Shown one piece after another: positions 25,322 through 36,299 of a stretch of DNA of 64,000 nucleotides. The position numbers and the translations under genes are program-made. The notes beneath the pieces were generated by a model. That model saw only the letters and a list, made by a program, of their open reading frames with translations, had not been told where the DNA came from and made no database searches. Within the stretch, counting starts at the first letter, position 1. The number at the start of each line of letters is the position of its first letter. This DNA comes from an uncultured virus (IMG/VR IMGVR_UViG_3300031772_000015) (Duplodnaviria; Heunggongvirae; Uroviricota; Caudoviricetes): the IMG/VR virus record IMGVR_UViG_3300031772_000015. One strand, 5' to 3'.

Positions 25322-27295
25322 CTATACCGACGTGTTCACAGCAAAACCATTCCCCTGAGTATCCAGCGCCGGGGTACAATTCGTTCCGTTGCTTTGGAAA
25401 GAAGCACCTATGAAACAATTGATACCTTTCTGGGCTGCCCAAGCACCTATATTGTTGCCGGTAATTACACCACCGTCAAGGTACACCGCGCCAAAGTAAC
25501 AATTGGTCCCAGATGAACTGCAACCACTTAATACTTGATAGCGCAGGTATAAGTTGGCACCACTGCCAAAACAATAGATGCCCGTTACCGAACCACTTAT
25601 ACATACGATGTCATTAGCAGCGTCCACAACAGAAAAACTTCCACGTCCCCAATAAAGACCGATGCTGCCACCTGAAATCCCCAAATTACGGCACCGACAA
25701 TATGGAATGTTGCCACCAACTTGGTCATTACCCACACTCGAATAGAAGGCAGGATTGGCAGTTGGGACAACGGCAACAAAATCTCCAATTGCAATTGAAG
25801 ACAAAATTGTAAAAGCCGCCCCCGTAAAACTCAGTATGCTCTTGATAACCCGAACTGTGCAAGTTACAGCGCCACTGGGAGCCGCCGTATGCCGATTCAG
25901 ACTGGTTATAGTGATGCGGTTGTTACCTGTATCAACATTCGTCACTTGATGACACCCCGCCATCAACAATGGCAATGTTCCACCCGAGGCTGTCTTAATC
26001 AGCACATAATCACCAACCGCAATGTTGGTAACTGTATTAAGATTGATAATGATGGCCCATGCAGCACTACCCCCACTTGAACTTTGCACCGACGACATTG
26101 TTTTGTCATACGTATGAACACCCGTAATCTTGACCTGTGTACTACACGCATGGTTAATAGTAATCGCAGCCAAGTTGGTGTAGTGACCATCGTTGACGTA
26201 AAGTGTAACAGTGATACCACGAGGAATGTAAAAGCCGTCAAGGTACGTCAGAAATTTACCAATCGTCGCCCACGGAGTACCGCTACTACCATTCCCCGTC
26301 ACATCACTTCCCGCAGGATCAATGTAGAAATTGGTGTCAACATTGATGCGGGGTAGGACAGGACAAGTTCCCACATTGATACCGACAGCCGTGATCGTTG
26401 AATCACAGTTGATGGCACCGGCTACATCCAGATCAAATGCGCCACATGCCTTGTTGATCCCAACACCACCCCATACTGTACCGCCACCTGTATGCAGATG
26501 CCACGGGTCAAAGGTTGAATCATGCGAGTACAGACACAACCGCACAATAGAAAAGGCATCTGGCAATGGATTGGGAATCGTAAACGTAACTTTAACTTTT
26601 CCGAGCAACGGTAGATTACCTTGACCGGCAAAACTCGGACTGATCCACGACTCCCCCGGTGTTACATCCGCATCATAGACAGTATGATAGTGACTGCCAC
26701 TATTATCCCAGTTCTCAATCTTGATGTGAGTGGGTCTTGTGGTCGCCGTATTGCTAAAAGTCACACCCAAATTGAAGACAAGACTGTTCTCAATCGCAAA
26801 CCCAGGATCAATCTCAACAACAACAGACGTTCCAGGTGACGTACCAGTACCCCAATATGGTCCCAGGTCATCATCCCGAAACATACTCAATGCGTAACCC
26901 GAATCCTGAACAGGTGTTAATGTTACAGTCGTACCGCTCTTATCAATGAACGCAAACGCATCCTGATAATCCAAGATACAAGTATCCGTGACATACTGAT
27001 TGCGTGGCATACAGATGTGGGTAAAGGCCGTTGCAGTTCCACCTGTTACATTTGTGAATCCGCCTGAAAAACCAGCCGTTACAGTGATCGCTGATACAGT
27101 TAAAGTGGTCCCATTAAATGTTAGATTTGCACTGTCCGCCAATGTTGTTGAACTGGACGCATAGGGCACCCGCCCGGCAGTTAGACCACTAATGACACCG
27201 CCGCCAGTGACGAATACACCGGGATCAAGCGTATCCGAAGATTGCAATTCTTCGATCTTACCGCTCGTCAAGACTAAAGGGCGTTTTGCAGCCAT
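25322..27295 (-). CDS. Tail fibre / receptor-binding protein with C-terminal beta-helix-like domain
   Basis: G/T/S-rich. GSDVTGNGSSGTPWATI begins a domain paralogous to the C-terminus of the adjacent gene. Confidence 0.75.
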   Translation of the reverse strand: MAAKRPLVLTSGKIEELQSSDTLDPGVFVTGGGVISGLTAGRVPYASSSTTLADSANLTFNGTTLTVSAITVTAGFSGGFTNVTGGTATAFTHICMPRNQYVTDTCILDYQDAFAFIDKSGTTVTLTPVQDSGYALSMFRDDDLGPYWGTGTSPGTSVVVEIDPGFAIENSLVFNLGVTFSNTATTRPTHIKIENWDNSGSHYHTVYDADVTPGESWISPSFAGQGNLPLLGKVKVTFTIPNPLPDAFSIVRLCLYSHDSTFDPWHLHTGGGTVWGGVGINKACGAFDLDVAGAINCDSTITAVGINVGTCPVLPRINVDTNFYIDPAGSDVTGNGSSGTPWATIGKFLTYLDGFYIPRGITVTLYVNDGHYTNLAAITINHACSTQVKITGVHTYDKTMSSVQSSSGGSAAWAIIINLNTVTNIAVGDYVLIKTASGGTLPLLMAGCHQVTNVDTGNNRITITSLNRHTAAPSGAVTCTVRVIKSILSFTGAAFTILSSIAIGDFVAVVPTANPAFYSSVGNDQVGGNIPYCRCRNLGISGGSIGLYWGRGSFSVVDAANDIVCISGSVTGIYCFGSGANLYLRYQVLSGCSSSGTNCYFGAVYLDGGVITGNNIGAWAAQKGINCFIGASFQSNGTNCTPALDTQGNGFAVNTSV

Positions 27296-27301
27296 TATGA
27301 T

Positions 27302-30300
27302 TTACCCTGTGATGGTCGAGTTAGAATTGCCAATTGTGTTAAGCGCCGGAGAATACTGACTGATATAGTGTGACACGGTAGTTGTTACTGAATCAATAGT
27401 GCTGCCAACTGACGACAAGATGCCTGTCGCCACCCAAGCAACTAAACTACTGCCATTTGCAGCAATCATCGAATCCTCATAGGCATAGACGCCAATATTT
27501 ACACATGCAATAACGTATGAGGCATAACACGTAACATACGACTTATTGTATACATAAATTCCGACTGAATATGTCTGCTGGTGTCCACTTGAAACTCCAT
27601 AGTTGAAGTTTATAAAACTTCCATCATGACACACAACGCCATGATAACAGTTGCTAACTGCAATAGAAGGCGCATTATTTACAATGCCAGACTGATTTGT
27701 TGCACTGAAACCAGTGTTGAAACCCGATACACCGACATTAGCCGCTAGGATAATGTAACCTTGGTTGGCAGCTACGAGACCGGAACCGCTCGCACGGGTA
27801 TTTCCCACAAGTGCCACATTCCCAATAGCACGTATTGTAGCGTAGTTAGCAGTTATCCCATTAACACCGCCGGAAAAATAGCAAATTGCTTTTAGAACCA
27901 CCAATGAAGTTGTAGTTACATTCCCACTGGCAAGTTGCCCGGCACTTGGAGACGTAGTCACTGGATCAATTGTGATGCGACTATTTACTGCATCCACGTT
28001 TGTCACCGGCCAGCATCCGAGTAAAAGTTCAGGATATGTCCCCCCGGTCGTACCCGTAATAATCACATAATCGCCGACTGCAATGTTAGTGACGTTGTTC
28101 AAATTGAGGACATAATTTTGATACGGTGGACCACCCGTGGATTGGATTGATGTCAAAGTCTTTGTATACGTTACTGCACCTATGATTTGGATTTGCTCAC
28201 CACACGGATGCCCGCAAACTTGAGTTGCAGTAAATGTATAAGTACCCGCGTACAAAGAGATATTGACCACCACATTACTCGGAATCCATTTATCCCGTAG
28301 ATAGTCAAATGCGTGTTGAATGGTCGCCCACGGATTTCCACTTGTTCCGTCACCGGTTACATCATTACCAGTCGTTGCAAGATGCAAAGTGACATCAGCC
28401 GCAATCATAAGACCAATGCTTGGCGCAGGCCCACTGGCACCACTTATTGCCTCTAACTTGATCGCGGGGCCAAGAATAATATCCAACTCAGTAGTGCTGA
28501 TAGCAATGCCAATTTGAGCGACAAATTGACCATCGGTACTCGGAGCCGTTTTTGTTAGCCGTCCTGCGGTCGCTGCGCTCAGATAATACATACTACCCGC
28601 AGTCAAGCCGCCTGTATCCCCAGTAACCGCATCCCATTGTCCAGTAGTCGCTGTTAAGACTCCATTGGTTTGGATTTTCCCTGGTGCGCCATTTGCAATG
28701 CTTGTATCCTGAACCAGCCCGTCAACATACGTTGTTGTTGCGCTATCCGCCTTTGCAAGAGAAAACTGACTTGCAGCACTGGTATAAACTGGGGTGCCAA
28801 TGGCCGCCGCCCCGCCACTATTGTTTGTAATGGTGACACTACTACCTAATGGTCCACTGGGACCACTGGGGCCTGTCGGCCCGCTGGGACCACTGGGGCC
28901 TGTCGGGCCTGTTGGGCCACTCGGCCCGCTAGGGCCGCTCGGCCCACTCGGCCCACTGGGGCCTGTTGGACCTGTCGGCCCACTGGGGCCACTGGGGCCT
29001 GTTGGACCTGTCGGCCCACTGGGGCCACTGGGGCCTGTTGGACCTGTCGGCCCACTGGGACCACTGGGACCGCTCGGCCCACTCGGCCCGCTAGGGCCTG
29101 TCGGGCCTGTTGGGCCGCTGGGGCCGCTGGGGCCGCTGGGACCGGTTGGACCTGTCGGCCCACTCGGCCCGCTAGGGCCGGTCGGACCTGTCGGCCCGCT
29201 GGGACCACTGGGACCGCTCGGCCCACTCGGCCCGCTAGGGCCGGTCGGACCTGTCGGCCCGCTGGGACCACTGGGACCGCTCGGCCCACTCGGCCCGCTA
29301 GGGCCTGTCGGGCCTGTTGGGCCGCTGGGGCCGCTGGGGCCGCTGGGACCGGTTGGACCTGTCGGCCCGCTAGGACCGGTTGGACCTGTCGGCCCACTGG
29401 GGCCACTGGGGCCAGTCGGGCCTGTTGGGCCACTCGGCCCGCTAGGGCCGCTCGGCCCACTCGGCCCACTGGGGCCTGTTGGACCTGTCGGCCCACTGGG
29501 GCCACTGGGGCCTGTTGGACCTGTCGGCCCACTGGGACCACTGGGGCCACTGGGGCCTGTTGGACCTGTCGGCCCACTGGGGCCACTGGGGCCACTGGGG
29601 CCTGTCGGCCCAATGACACTTATATCAACAACGCAAGAGTGCAGAATCTTGCCACCATTACAAGTTCCAGCCAAAATAACTCCGTTGCCAAGATAACAGA
29701 GACTCCAAACCACAATTTCACTGAATTGTTGTCCAAGATCAGTCCAGGTCAAACCAATATCCATAGACCGTAAAATATGGGCATCATCACCTGTTCCGGC
29801 CAAAACAACCCCGTCACCAAGGTAACAGAGACCATTTATACTAAACTGGTCAAATGATCCTCCAAGATCGACAACAACCCATGTTGCGCCGAAATCCGTG
29901 GACCGCAAGAGTCTACTTGCCGAATCATAAGTCGAGTCATAAGTTCCAGCTAAAGCAACCCCATTACCAAGATAACAGAGACTTTTGACGCTGTCTTGAT
30001 TATTCTGACGCCCGAGATCGGTCCATGTCAAACCATAGTTGACAGACCGTAGAATATGACCTTCTAAACCACCATTCCCGGCAAGAACAATCCCGTTACC
30101 AAGATAACAGAGAGTAAGAATCGCTACCTGATCGCCTTGCTGCCCGAGATCAGACCAAGTCACACCATAATTAGTGGACCGCAAAATCTTACCACCCGTC
30201 CCCGTACCCGCCAACACGACGCCTCCACCGAGATAACAAAGACTCCAAATATCCGACTGACCAAATTGTTGCCCAAGATCAGACCAGGTCGCACCATAAT

Positions 30301-30769
30301 CAGTGGACCGAAGAATCTTACCACCATTGGACGTTCCAGCCAAAACAATTCCGTCACCAAGATAACAGAGACTCCAAATTTCTATTTGACTAAATTGTGA
30401 CCCAAGATCAATCCACGTTAAACCAGAATCCGTGGAACGTAAAATCTTACCGACAATTCCAGTCCCAGCAAGAACAATTCCGTCGCCAAGATAACATAAA
30501 GCATTGACGGATGTTGCACCTGATTGTTGCCCGAAATCAACCCACCGTTTCCCGATTTCTTCAACAAATGCTTGATTATACCGGCAGTATTCACCTGCCA
30601 TTGAATCAACTTGTGTGACCCATGATAATTGCCCTTCACCATCCGTTGTTAAAACTTGATTGGTGTCACCATCGGCCGCCGGAAATGTCCACGGCGCAAC
30701 CTCTAACTGATCCCCAGCCGCAAACTGGCGGATGATACCGTTGTCGATAATCAATGGTGCAGCCATCAT
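27302..30769 (-). CDS. Fibre protein: 7-bladed Asp-box (BNR) propeller + collagen + docking domain + beta-helix-like domain
   Basis: Seven LCYLG-G repeats with RSTD.G.TW Asp boxes; long (GPS/GPT)n tract; [17 protein letters not shown]. Confidence 0.85.
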   Translation of the reverse strand: MMAAPLIIDNGIIRQFAAGDQLEVAPWTFPAADGDTNQVLTTDGEGQLSWVTQVDSMAGEYCRYNQAFVEEIGKRWVDFGQQSGATSVNALCYLGDGIVLAGTGIVGKILRSTDSGLTWIDLGSQFSQIEIWSLCYLGDGIVLAGTSNGGKILRSTDYGATWSDLGQQFGQSDIWSLCYLGGGVVLAGTGTGGKILRSTNYGVTWSDLGQQGDQVAILTLCYLGNGIVLAGNGGLEGHILRSVNYGLTWTDLGRQNNQDSVKSLCYLGNGVALAGTYDSTYDSASRLLRSTDFGATWVVVDLGGSFDQFSINGLCYLGDGVVLAGTGDDAHILRSMDIGLTWTDLGQQFSEIVVWSLCYLGNGVILAGTCNGGKILHSCVVDISVIGPTGPSGPSGPSGPTGPTGPSGPSGPSGPTGPTGPSGPSGPTGPTGPSGPSGPSGPSGPSGPTGPTGPSGPSGPTGPTGPSGPTGPTGPSGPSGPSGPTGPTGPSGPSGPSGPSGPSGPTGPTGPSGPSGPSGPSGPSGPTGPTGPSGPSGPTGPTGPSGPSGPSGPTGPTGPSGPSGPSGPSGPSGPTGPTGPSGPSGPTGPTGPSGPSGPTGPTGPSGPSGPSGPSGPSGPTGPTGPSGPSGPTGPSGPSGPLGSSVTITNNSGGAAAIGTPVYTSAASQFSLAKADSATTTYVDGLVQDTSIANGAPGKIQTNGVLTATTGQWDAVTGDTGGLTAGSMYYLSAATAGRLTKTAPSTDGQFVAQIGIAISTTELDIILGPAIKLEAISGASGPAPSIGLMIAADVTLHLATTGNDVTGDGTSGNPWATIQHAFDYLRDKWIPSNVVVNISLYAGTYTFTATQVCGHPCGEQIQIIGAVTYTKTLTSIQSTGGPPYQNYVLNLNNVTNIAVGDYVIITGTTGGTYPELLLGCWPVTNVDAVNSRITIDPVTTSPSAGQLASGNVTTTSLVVLKAICYFSGGVNGITANYATIRAIGNVALVGNTRASGSGLVAANQGYIILAANVGVSGFNTGFSATNQSGIVNNAPSIAVSNCYHGVVCHDGSFINFNYGVSSGHQQTYSVGIYVYNKSYVTCYASYVIACVNIGVYAYEDSMIAANGSSLVAWVATGILSSVGSTIDSVTTTVSHYISQYSPALNTIGNSNSTITG
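28850..29611 (-). repeat. Collagen-coding 9-bp repeats (GPS/GPT)
   Basis: Uninterrupted Gly-Pro-Ser/Thr triplets. Confidence 0.95.
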
Positions 30770-30789
30770 TGTCTCCCAAGCAAAGAACC

Positions 30790-30815
30790 GTCTGGCCGCC
30801 CGAAGGCGGCCAGAC
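30790..30815 (-). terminator. UUCG-loop hairpin between fibre genes
   Basis: gtctggccgcc-cgaa-ggcggccagac. Confidence 0.55.
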
Positions 30816-30828
30816 AATTCAGTTTCGA

Positions 30829-31965
30829 TTACAGTCCAATCGGCAACTCAGTGTCGATGTCGAACTGTGTCGCACTCAAAGCAATCCCCAGACGTGTCAC
30901 AAACTGTGTGGCTGCGATTGGGGCAGTCCCCGTCATTTTGCCGGGGGTCGTTGGGTCCAGGTAATACACTTTACCCGGTGTCAAACCGCCACTGGTGCCT
31001 GCTACTGCGTCCCATTCTCCTGTAGTAGCTGTCAAGATACCATCCATCTTGATCGTACCAGGTGTAGTGGTCAAAATGGTCTCTGTCGCAAGACCAAGAA
31101 CCTCCACGGTTGCAATGGCGTTCGCTTGCGCTTTATCTACGTTGCCATTCGACTTGACGTAAACCGGCATCCCAATCACGAGACTTCCGGCGTTGTCATT
31201 AGTCAGGATGATGTCATCTACACCACTTTCACCCTGCGGACCACTCGGGCCGCTCGGACCTGTTGGACCACTGGGGCCACTGGGACCAGTTGCCCCTTCC
31301 GGGCCACTAGGACCACTAGGACCAGTTGGGCCACTTGGACCACTAGGACCACTAGGACCGGTCGGACCTTCCGGGCCACTTGGACCACTTGGACCAGTCG
31401 GGCCACTTGGGCCACTGGGGCCAGTCGGACCTTCCGGGCCGCTCGGACCACTTGGGCCAGTCGGACCACTTGGACCACTCGGGCCAGTCGGACCCTCGGG
31501 ACCACTGGGACCACTGGGACCACTGGGACCACTAGGACCAGTTGGGCCTTCCGGGCCGCTCGGACCACTAGGACCACTAGGACCAGTTGGGCCTTCTGGG
31601 CCGCTCGGACCACTTGGGCCAGTCGGACCACTTGGACCGCTCGGGCCAGTTGGACCCTCGGGACCACTGGGGCCACTGGGACCAGTCGGACCACTTGGGC
31701 CACTCGGACCTGTTGGACCACTGGGACCATCCGGGCCACTCGGACCTGTTGGACCACTAGGACCAGTCGGACCACTCGGACCTGTTGGACCACTCGGGCC
31801 GACCTCCAAAGTCCACCCCAGATTACCCTCACCATCCGTAGTCAGAACACTGCCGGTAGGACCATCCGATGCCGGAAACGTGAATGGAGGAAATTTGAGT
31901 TGATCGCCTGTTGCAAATTGGCGAATCAAACCTTCATCAATTACGAGAGGAAGACGCTCAGCCAT
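30829..31965 (-). CDS. Collagen-like fibre protein (GPS/GPT/GPE) with C-terminal docking domain
   Basis: AGGAG RBS; about 190 aa collagen tract; N-terminus paralogous to the adjacent fibre gene. Confidence 0.88.
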   Translation of the reverse strand: MAERLPLVIDEGLIRQFATGDQLKFPPFTFPASDGPTGSVLTTDGEGNLGWTLEVGPSGPTGPSGPTGPSGPTGPSGPDGPSGPTGPSGPSGPTGPSGPSGPEGPTGPSGPSGPTGPSGPSGPEGPTGPSGPSGPSGPEGPTGPSGPSGPSGPSGPEGPTGPSGPSGPTGPSGPSGPEGPTGPSGPSGPTGPSGPSGPEGPTGPSGPSGPSGPTGPSGPSGPEGATGPSGPSGPTGPSGPSGPQGESGVDDIILTNDNAGSLVIGMPVYVKSNGNVDKAQANAIATVEVLGLATETILTTTPGTIKMDGILTATTGEWDAVAGTSGGLTPGKVYYLDPTTPGKMTGTAPIAATQFVTRLGIALSATQFDIDTELPIGL

Positions 31966-31976
31966 GTTGATTTCTC

Positions 31977-34595
31977 CTAGAGTCTAATCGGCAAACCGAT
32001 TTCGATGTCCAAAGTCGTGCCCGATGTAGCGCGCCCAATGCGAACTACATAATCTCCCTGCGCCGTGGGTGCCACTGCCATAATCCTTCCAGCAACACTC
32101 GTTGATAAAAAGTAGTTGCTGCCCGGAGTCAAAGAAACTACTCCTGCTACAGCCGACCAATCTGCCAATGTGATGTGACCTTCCGTGATGTAACAGGCAG
32201 TCTCACCTGTATCCACGTCTGCAAACACCAAACCAACGGCTCCCATTGTCGCTGCTGCATTGGCTCGTGCCAGAGCGATATGTCCATTGGATTTGATGTA
32301 AAGTACCTGCCCAGCCGACATATCCACGTCTGCCAAAGCATAATACGAGTCTTCGGGAATCTCAGGCGGTGCCGGTTGTTCAGGATTTTCAAGTCCTGAA
32401 CGAAAACGATCACGTCGCGTCCGTCGTAACGGTGTCCCAGGGATATATGGAATCACTTGTGGCATCCATGTTGGGTCCAATTCACCCTCAAACTCAAACT
32501 TGACCGAGTAACTATTGAAACTATCTTCAACAATTTGTTCCTCGGGTGTCGTAACAATGCCGACCCAATACCGTTGTTCCCAGTCGATCATCCCGATTTC
32601 CAATCCGAGATAATCGTCAAAGAAGTCAAGCAAGTCTTGTGCTTCACTCCGGCGTAAACCAATGAAACTCAGCGCGAGTGTCTGAATCTTCGGCCACATC
32701 GGATCAGCAAACACAACAAGCGTTCCGCCTCGCGTTTCCCGTATAACACGGTTGAAACCCAAACGATCCTTGTTTCCCAATTCAGGTGCCCGTAACGTCA
32801 CTGAATCAGTAACAGTGCCCTCAGCCGGATAGACCAACTGGAATGGGGCTTCGATTCCAGACATCGGACCTGATAACATAGCCGAAGGCGGTGTTGGATT
32901 CCCAACTGCCCCCACACCTACGAATGGATGGTACTGGTACAAAGTAGATGAAGATATGCCACCAATCACAGCTACCGATTGATCCAATACCAGTGTGTCG
33001 ATCACAACCAATGTGGCTCGAAACACATTAAAAGTTGCTGCATCCGTCAGCGTCAAAGTATCATTCACCACTTTTGATGCCACCACAACAGCCGAATCCG
33101 TTATGGCAAGTGTATGAATGGCTGTCGGAGCCTTGTTTGCGTATGCCGCGTGCGCAAGGCTCAGTGCGTCCGTGGCATCCACCGCAATTGCATCCGCATG
33201 AACCACAATTCCAACTGCATGTTCTGCAAACGAAATAATGTGGCTTACTGCATACGGCGTGTTCCGAATCACCGCTACGGTTGCTGTATCCTGTAAGCCA
33301 ACATAGTATGGTGTTTCCTCCCCAGTTTCCGGGTCTATTGTGTATTGCTCCTGCAAAACACTGATTGCCGCACCAACCTTAACACCCGACCCAGCCAATT
33401 GCGTCAGATGCAGGGTACTGGCCGCTGACACCTGTTTTACAAAGCCAACTGTCGCTACGTGCGAAAGACTCAATAAGTCATCGTGAACACTCAACCTCGT
33501 GTTGGTGACTATCGCTGTATGCGTCAAAGTCAAAGTTGATGATACCCGGCGGATGTTATCCGCAGTCGCCACCTGCGACAGTGTTAATGTATCAACGACA
33601 CTTTTACTCTTAGTCACCGTTGCAGTATGTGTCAATGCCAGCGATGACACACCACTACGCGACCACGATACCACCTTGGCAGCAACATGCGTCAGCGTCA
33701 AATTATCTGTTCGGCGTCGTGTAAAAACCCAATTTGATTCTACAAGATGCGTTACCGTCAAGTCATCGTGCGCTTGCCGAATCAGTTCAACAACCGCTTC
33801 ATCCGACAAAACAATCGTTGTGGATACAACACGACAATAATCACCAACCGCACTCTGCCCCAACGTTAAAGTCTGTTCAACCCCGCGCCCAATATCAATC
33901 TGACGAGTTGCTTGTTGCCCAATCGAAAGTGTATCGGAAGTTAAACGTGCATAAACAACTAGGACGCCCGCCTCATGGGTTGGCGTCCAAGTATCACTAC
34001 TACGCCGAATCACTTCCAATGTTGCCAGATGCGTCAACGATAACGTGTGCTGAACCGGCTTAATGACGGCACCCGTCGCAGTGTCCCCAATCTCCAAAAG
34101 ATTGATGCCGTTGACATACTTGGTGTATGCTACAATTGCTTCTTCACTCAAGTCTAAATTATGCACGGCCAGTCGGTCGTATACCACTGCAACAATTGCG
34201 GTCTGAGTCAAAACAATTGTATGCAAGACTGACGCAGACTTAATGCACTCGGCCAATGCCTCTTGTGAAAGACTGAGTGTATCTGTGACAATTTTGAGGC
34301 ATGTAACCAGTGCCTCATGGTTCAAGGTTAATGTATGTTCGACAGATGCTTCAATAACAAACGCCCCAACCGCCCCATCCGACAGCGCCAAACTATGTCC
34401 GGCTGAAACATCACGCACCAGATTACGGGTTGCCTGATGCGAGACTACTAACGTATGCGTCGAAGTGACTTCATACTCTGTAGCCGTATAGGCACACGTC
34501 AGAACTTCGACCATCTGACGTGTAACGCGCAACCTTTGAGCGGAACACGTAAGCACTTCGACCATCTGACGGGTCACGCGAAGACTACTCGCCAT
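31977..34595 (-). CDS. Tail-associated protein: long L.L.H.A repeats + Dit-like domain + docking domain
   Basis: Tandem [13 protein letters not shown] duplication at the N-terminus; many TLxLxHxA repeats; internal domain resembling 24621-25019. Confidence 0.7.
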   Translation of the reverse strand: MASSLRVTRQMVEVLTCSAQRLRVTRQMVEVLTCAYTATEYEVTSTHTLVVSHQATRNLVRDVSAGHSLALSDGAVGAFVIEASVEHTLTLNHEALVTCLKIVTDTLSLSQEALAECIKSASVLHTIVLTQTAIVAVVYDRLAVHNLDLSEEAIVAYTKYVNGINLLEIGDTATGAVIKPVQHTLSLTHLATLEVIRRSSDTWTPTHEAGVLVVYARLTSDTLSIGQQATRQIDIGRGVEQTLTLGQSAVGDYCRVVSTTIVLSDEAVVELIRQAHDDLTVTHLVESNWVFTRRRTDNLTLTHVAAKVVSWSRSGVSSLALTHTATVTKSKSVVDTLTLSQVATADNIRRVSSTLTLTHTAIVTNTRLSVHDDLLSLSHVATVGFVKQVSAASTLHLTQLAGSGVKVGAAISVLQEQYTIDPETGEETPYYVGLQDTATVAVIRNTPYAVSHIISFAEHAVGIVVHADAIAVDATDALSLAHAAYANKAPTAIHTLAITDSAVVVASKVVNDTLTLTDAATFNVFRATLVVIDTLVLDQSVAVIGGISSSTLYQYHPFVGVGAVGNPTPPSAMLSGPMSGIEAPFQLVYPAEGTVTDSVTLRAPELGNKDRLGFNRVIRETRGGTLVVFADPMWPKIQTLALSFIGLRRSEAQDLLDFFDDYLGLEIGMIDWEQRYWVGIVTTPEEQIVEDSFNSYSVKFEFEGELDPTWMPQVIPYIPGTPLRRTRRDRFRSGLENPEQPAPPEIPEDSYYALADVDMSAGQVLYIKSNGHIALARANAAATMGAVGLVFADVDTGETACYITEGHITLADWSAVAGVVSLTPGSNYFLSTSVAGRIMAVAPTAQGDYVVRIGRATSGTTLDIEIGLPIRL

Positions 34596-34608
34596 GTGTC
34601 ACGCCCCT

Positions 34609-35631
34609 TTAACCAATTTCCACGCCAAATTGCGCGGCATTGATGGATGTCATGGTCCAGGCTGAACCATTGGGGTCGGTCTCCATCTGCCGTGGAAATA
34701 CCCCGTAAAGCAATTTTGAAACCGTTTGTCCGGCATCGGCATTAACAGAACCACCTGAAAGTTTTACCAGAGTCTTTAATGTGAAGGGTGTTACATCCAA
34801 GACTACAGCCTCAGTAAAAATCGTGATCCCAAGAATCTCGCCGATGTCCGCCAGATTATCATACCCATACAATTCCTGATGGCCGGTCACGTCATCCTGT
34901 ACATAATCGGATGTATTATACGGGTTTTCATCCACGTAGGTATAGTGAGCCGATGCACCACTACCTGCCCACTCAGCCACGTCCCCGGCTTCATTTGGTA
35001 AGATTGCCAAAATTCGATGATCGCCTACAAAGTCATTATTGGTACTACCTGTACCGTCAAAAATGAAAAGATCATCAACACGAGGATTCAGGTAGGAACC
35101 TCCCCAAAACTTTACACGGTCATGGTATGCTTCGGTTCCACCGGGGCGCGTATCATAGTCATCATCTTGAAGAACAATAACACCATTGACCTTCAACACA
35201 TAACTACCGTGTTCCCCAGTCACAACCTTGAACTCAATGAAGTACCATGTATCATACGTGAGACCCAAAGCACTCGTGACATCAACTTGTGAACCTCCTT
35301 TATAAACGGCAATGTCATCTGAAAGCCAATGAAGAGACATGCCCTCCGTTCCAGTGCCGTTGTATAGTGAACAAATACCGGCATTGGACGGCACAAAACG
35401 ATCCGCCCTAAATCCGAAGTTGACAATTAACGTGGGGTCCGTTGTCAATGCGGGTGTCCGCATCCAATAACTACCGTCAACACTCTTCATCGCGTAACCG
35501 CCTGTCCGGCCCGTTTGAGTGCTGAAATAAGTCAAGGCGTATACGACGTATCGTTGAGCAAGCAGTGCGCTAATATCTGCACCGTCGCCAACGCCGTATG
35601 ACTCAAACCCATCCATCCAGACCAGACTCAT
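34609..35631 (-). CDS. Virion protein with a concanavalin/LamG-like beta-sandwich
   Basis: MDGFESY start, TWYFIEFKV, LKVNG and VDDLFI. Confidence 0.6.
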   Translation of the reverse strand: MSLVWMDGFESYGVGDGADISALLAQRYVVYALTYFSTQTGRTGGYAMKSVDGSYWMRTPALTTDPTLIVNFGFRADRFVPSNAGICSLYNGTGTEGMSLHWLSDDIAVYKGGSQVDVTSALGLTYDTWYFIEFKVVTGEHGSYVLKVNGVIVLQDDDYDTRPGGTEAYHDRVKFWGGSYLNPRVDDLFIFDGTGSTNNDFVGDHRILAILPNEAGDVAEWAGSGASAHYTYVDENPYNTSDYVQDDVTGHQELYGYDNLADIGEILGITIFTEAVVLDVTPFTLKTLVKLSGGSVNADAGQTVSKLLYGVFPRQMETDPNGSAWTMTSINAAQFGVEIG

Positions 35632-35656
35632 GTGAAATCTCCTTCGGAATAAAATC

Positions 35657-35688
35657 GGTCAGGTCGGGACCGAAGTCCCGACCCAACC
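35657..35688 (-). terminator. Probable intrinsic terminator
   Basis: cUUCGg hairpin followed by ATTTTATT on the minus strand. Confidence 0.6.
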
Positions 35689-35706
35689 GTGGCGAGGGAG
35701 TACCGG

Positions 35707-36288
35707 TTAGGCGTTGACCGTGTACGTAACCTTCAATTGGTCGCCATTCAACACGGAGACCGTGCCGCTGCTAAACTGAGCAGCCGCCCAAAGCGAACCG
35801 CCACCGGCGGCATCATTCTTCGTCGAGGGAGTCGAGCCGCCACCAACTACGCCCAGACCGTAAACACTGCCTGAACCATTGATGTTGAAGACCACCGGAG
35901 ACGAATTGGTAATCGACTGACTCGCCGCCGCACCCTCAGTCCACTCTCCACGAACAGACTCAGTATAGGCGATGAACTCGTCCCAACCATTCGTTCCATT
36001 GATCTGGGCATAGGTATCGGCTGCGGCCAGTGTCGGACTACCGGCACCATCCACAAGCAGAATGTACCATGTCCCAATAGCAGTGACGCCATGAAACATC
36101 ACGTTGAGCAATTTGTCCTTGCCCTCGTTCGTGATTGCGTTCCGAATGTCATACTTGCCAATCAACTTGCCACCCCGCCAGTGCTCCACTTGGAAGCGCC
36201 CGCGAGCATGAAGTTGGTCAGCGACCTTGGCGGCAGGACGAACCAACTCGCAACCCGCCTGTTGCTGCATTTTCAACGTGTCGATCAT
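35707..36288 (-). CDS. Virion structural protein
   Basis: NAITNEGKDKLL...GDQLKVTYTV pattern typical of phage tail-associated proteins. Confidence 0.65.
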   Translation of the reverse strand: MIDTLKMQQQAGCELVRPAAKVADQLHARGRFQVEHWRGGKLIGKYDIRNAITNEGKDKLLNVMFHGVTAIGTWYILLVDGAGSPTLAAADTYAQINGTNGWDEFIAYTESVRGEWTEGAAASQSITNSSPVVFNINGSGSVYGLGVVGGGSTPSTKNDAAGGGSLWAAAQFSSGTVSVLNGDQLKVTYTVNA

Positions 36289-36299
36289 GTGTTTCTCCC

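Noticed and set aside
25322..28400. Diversity-generating retroelement acting on the paralogous fibre tips
   Set aside because: No reverse transcriptase and no near-identical template/variable repeat pair differing at adenines was seen.
29650..30545. CRISPR-like array suggested by recurring 'ccaagataacagag' motifs
   Set aside because: The roughly 130-nt periodicity matches coding propeller-blade repeats (LCYLG). The apparent spacers are homologous and in frame.
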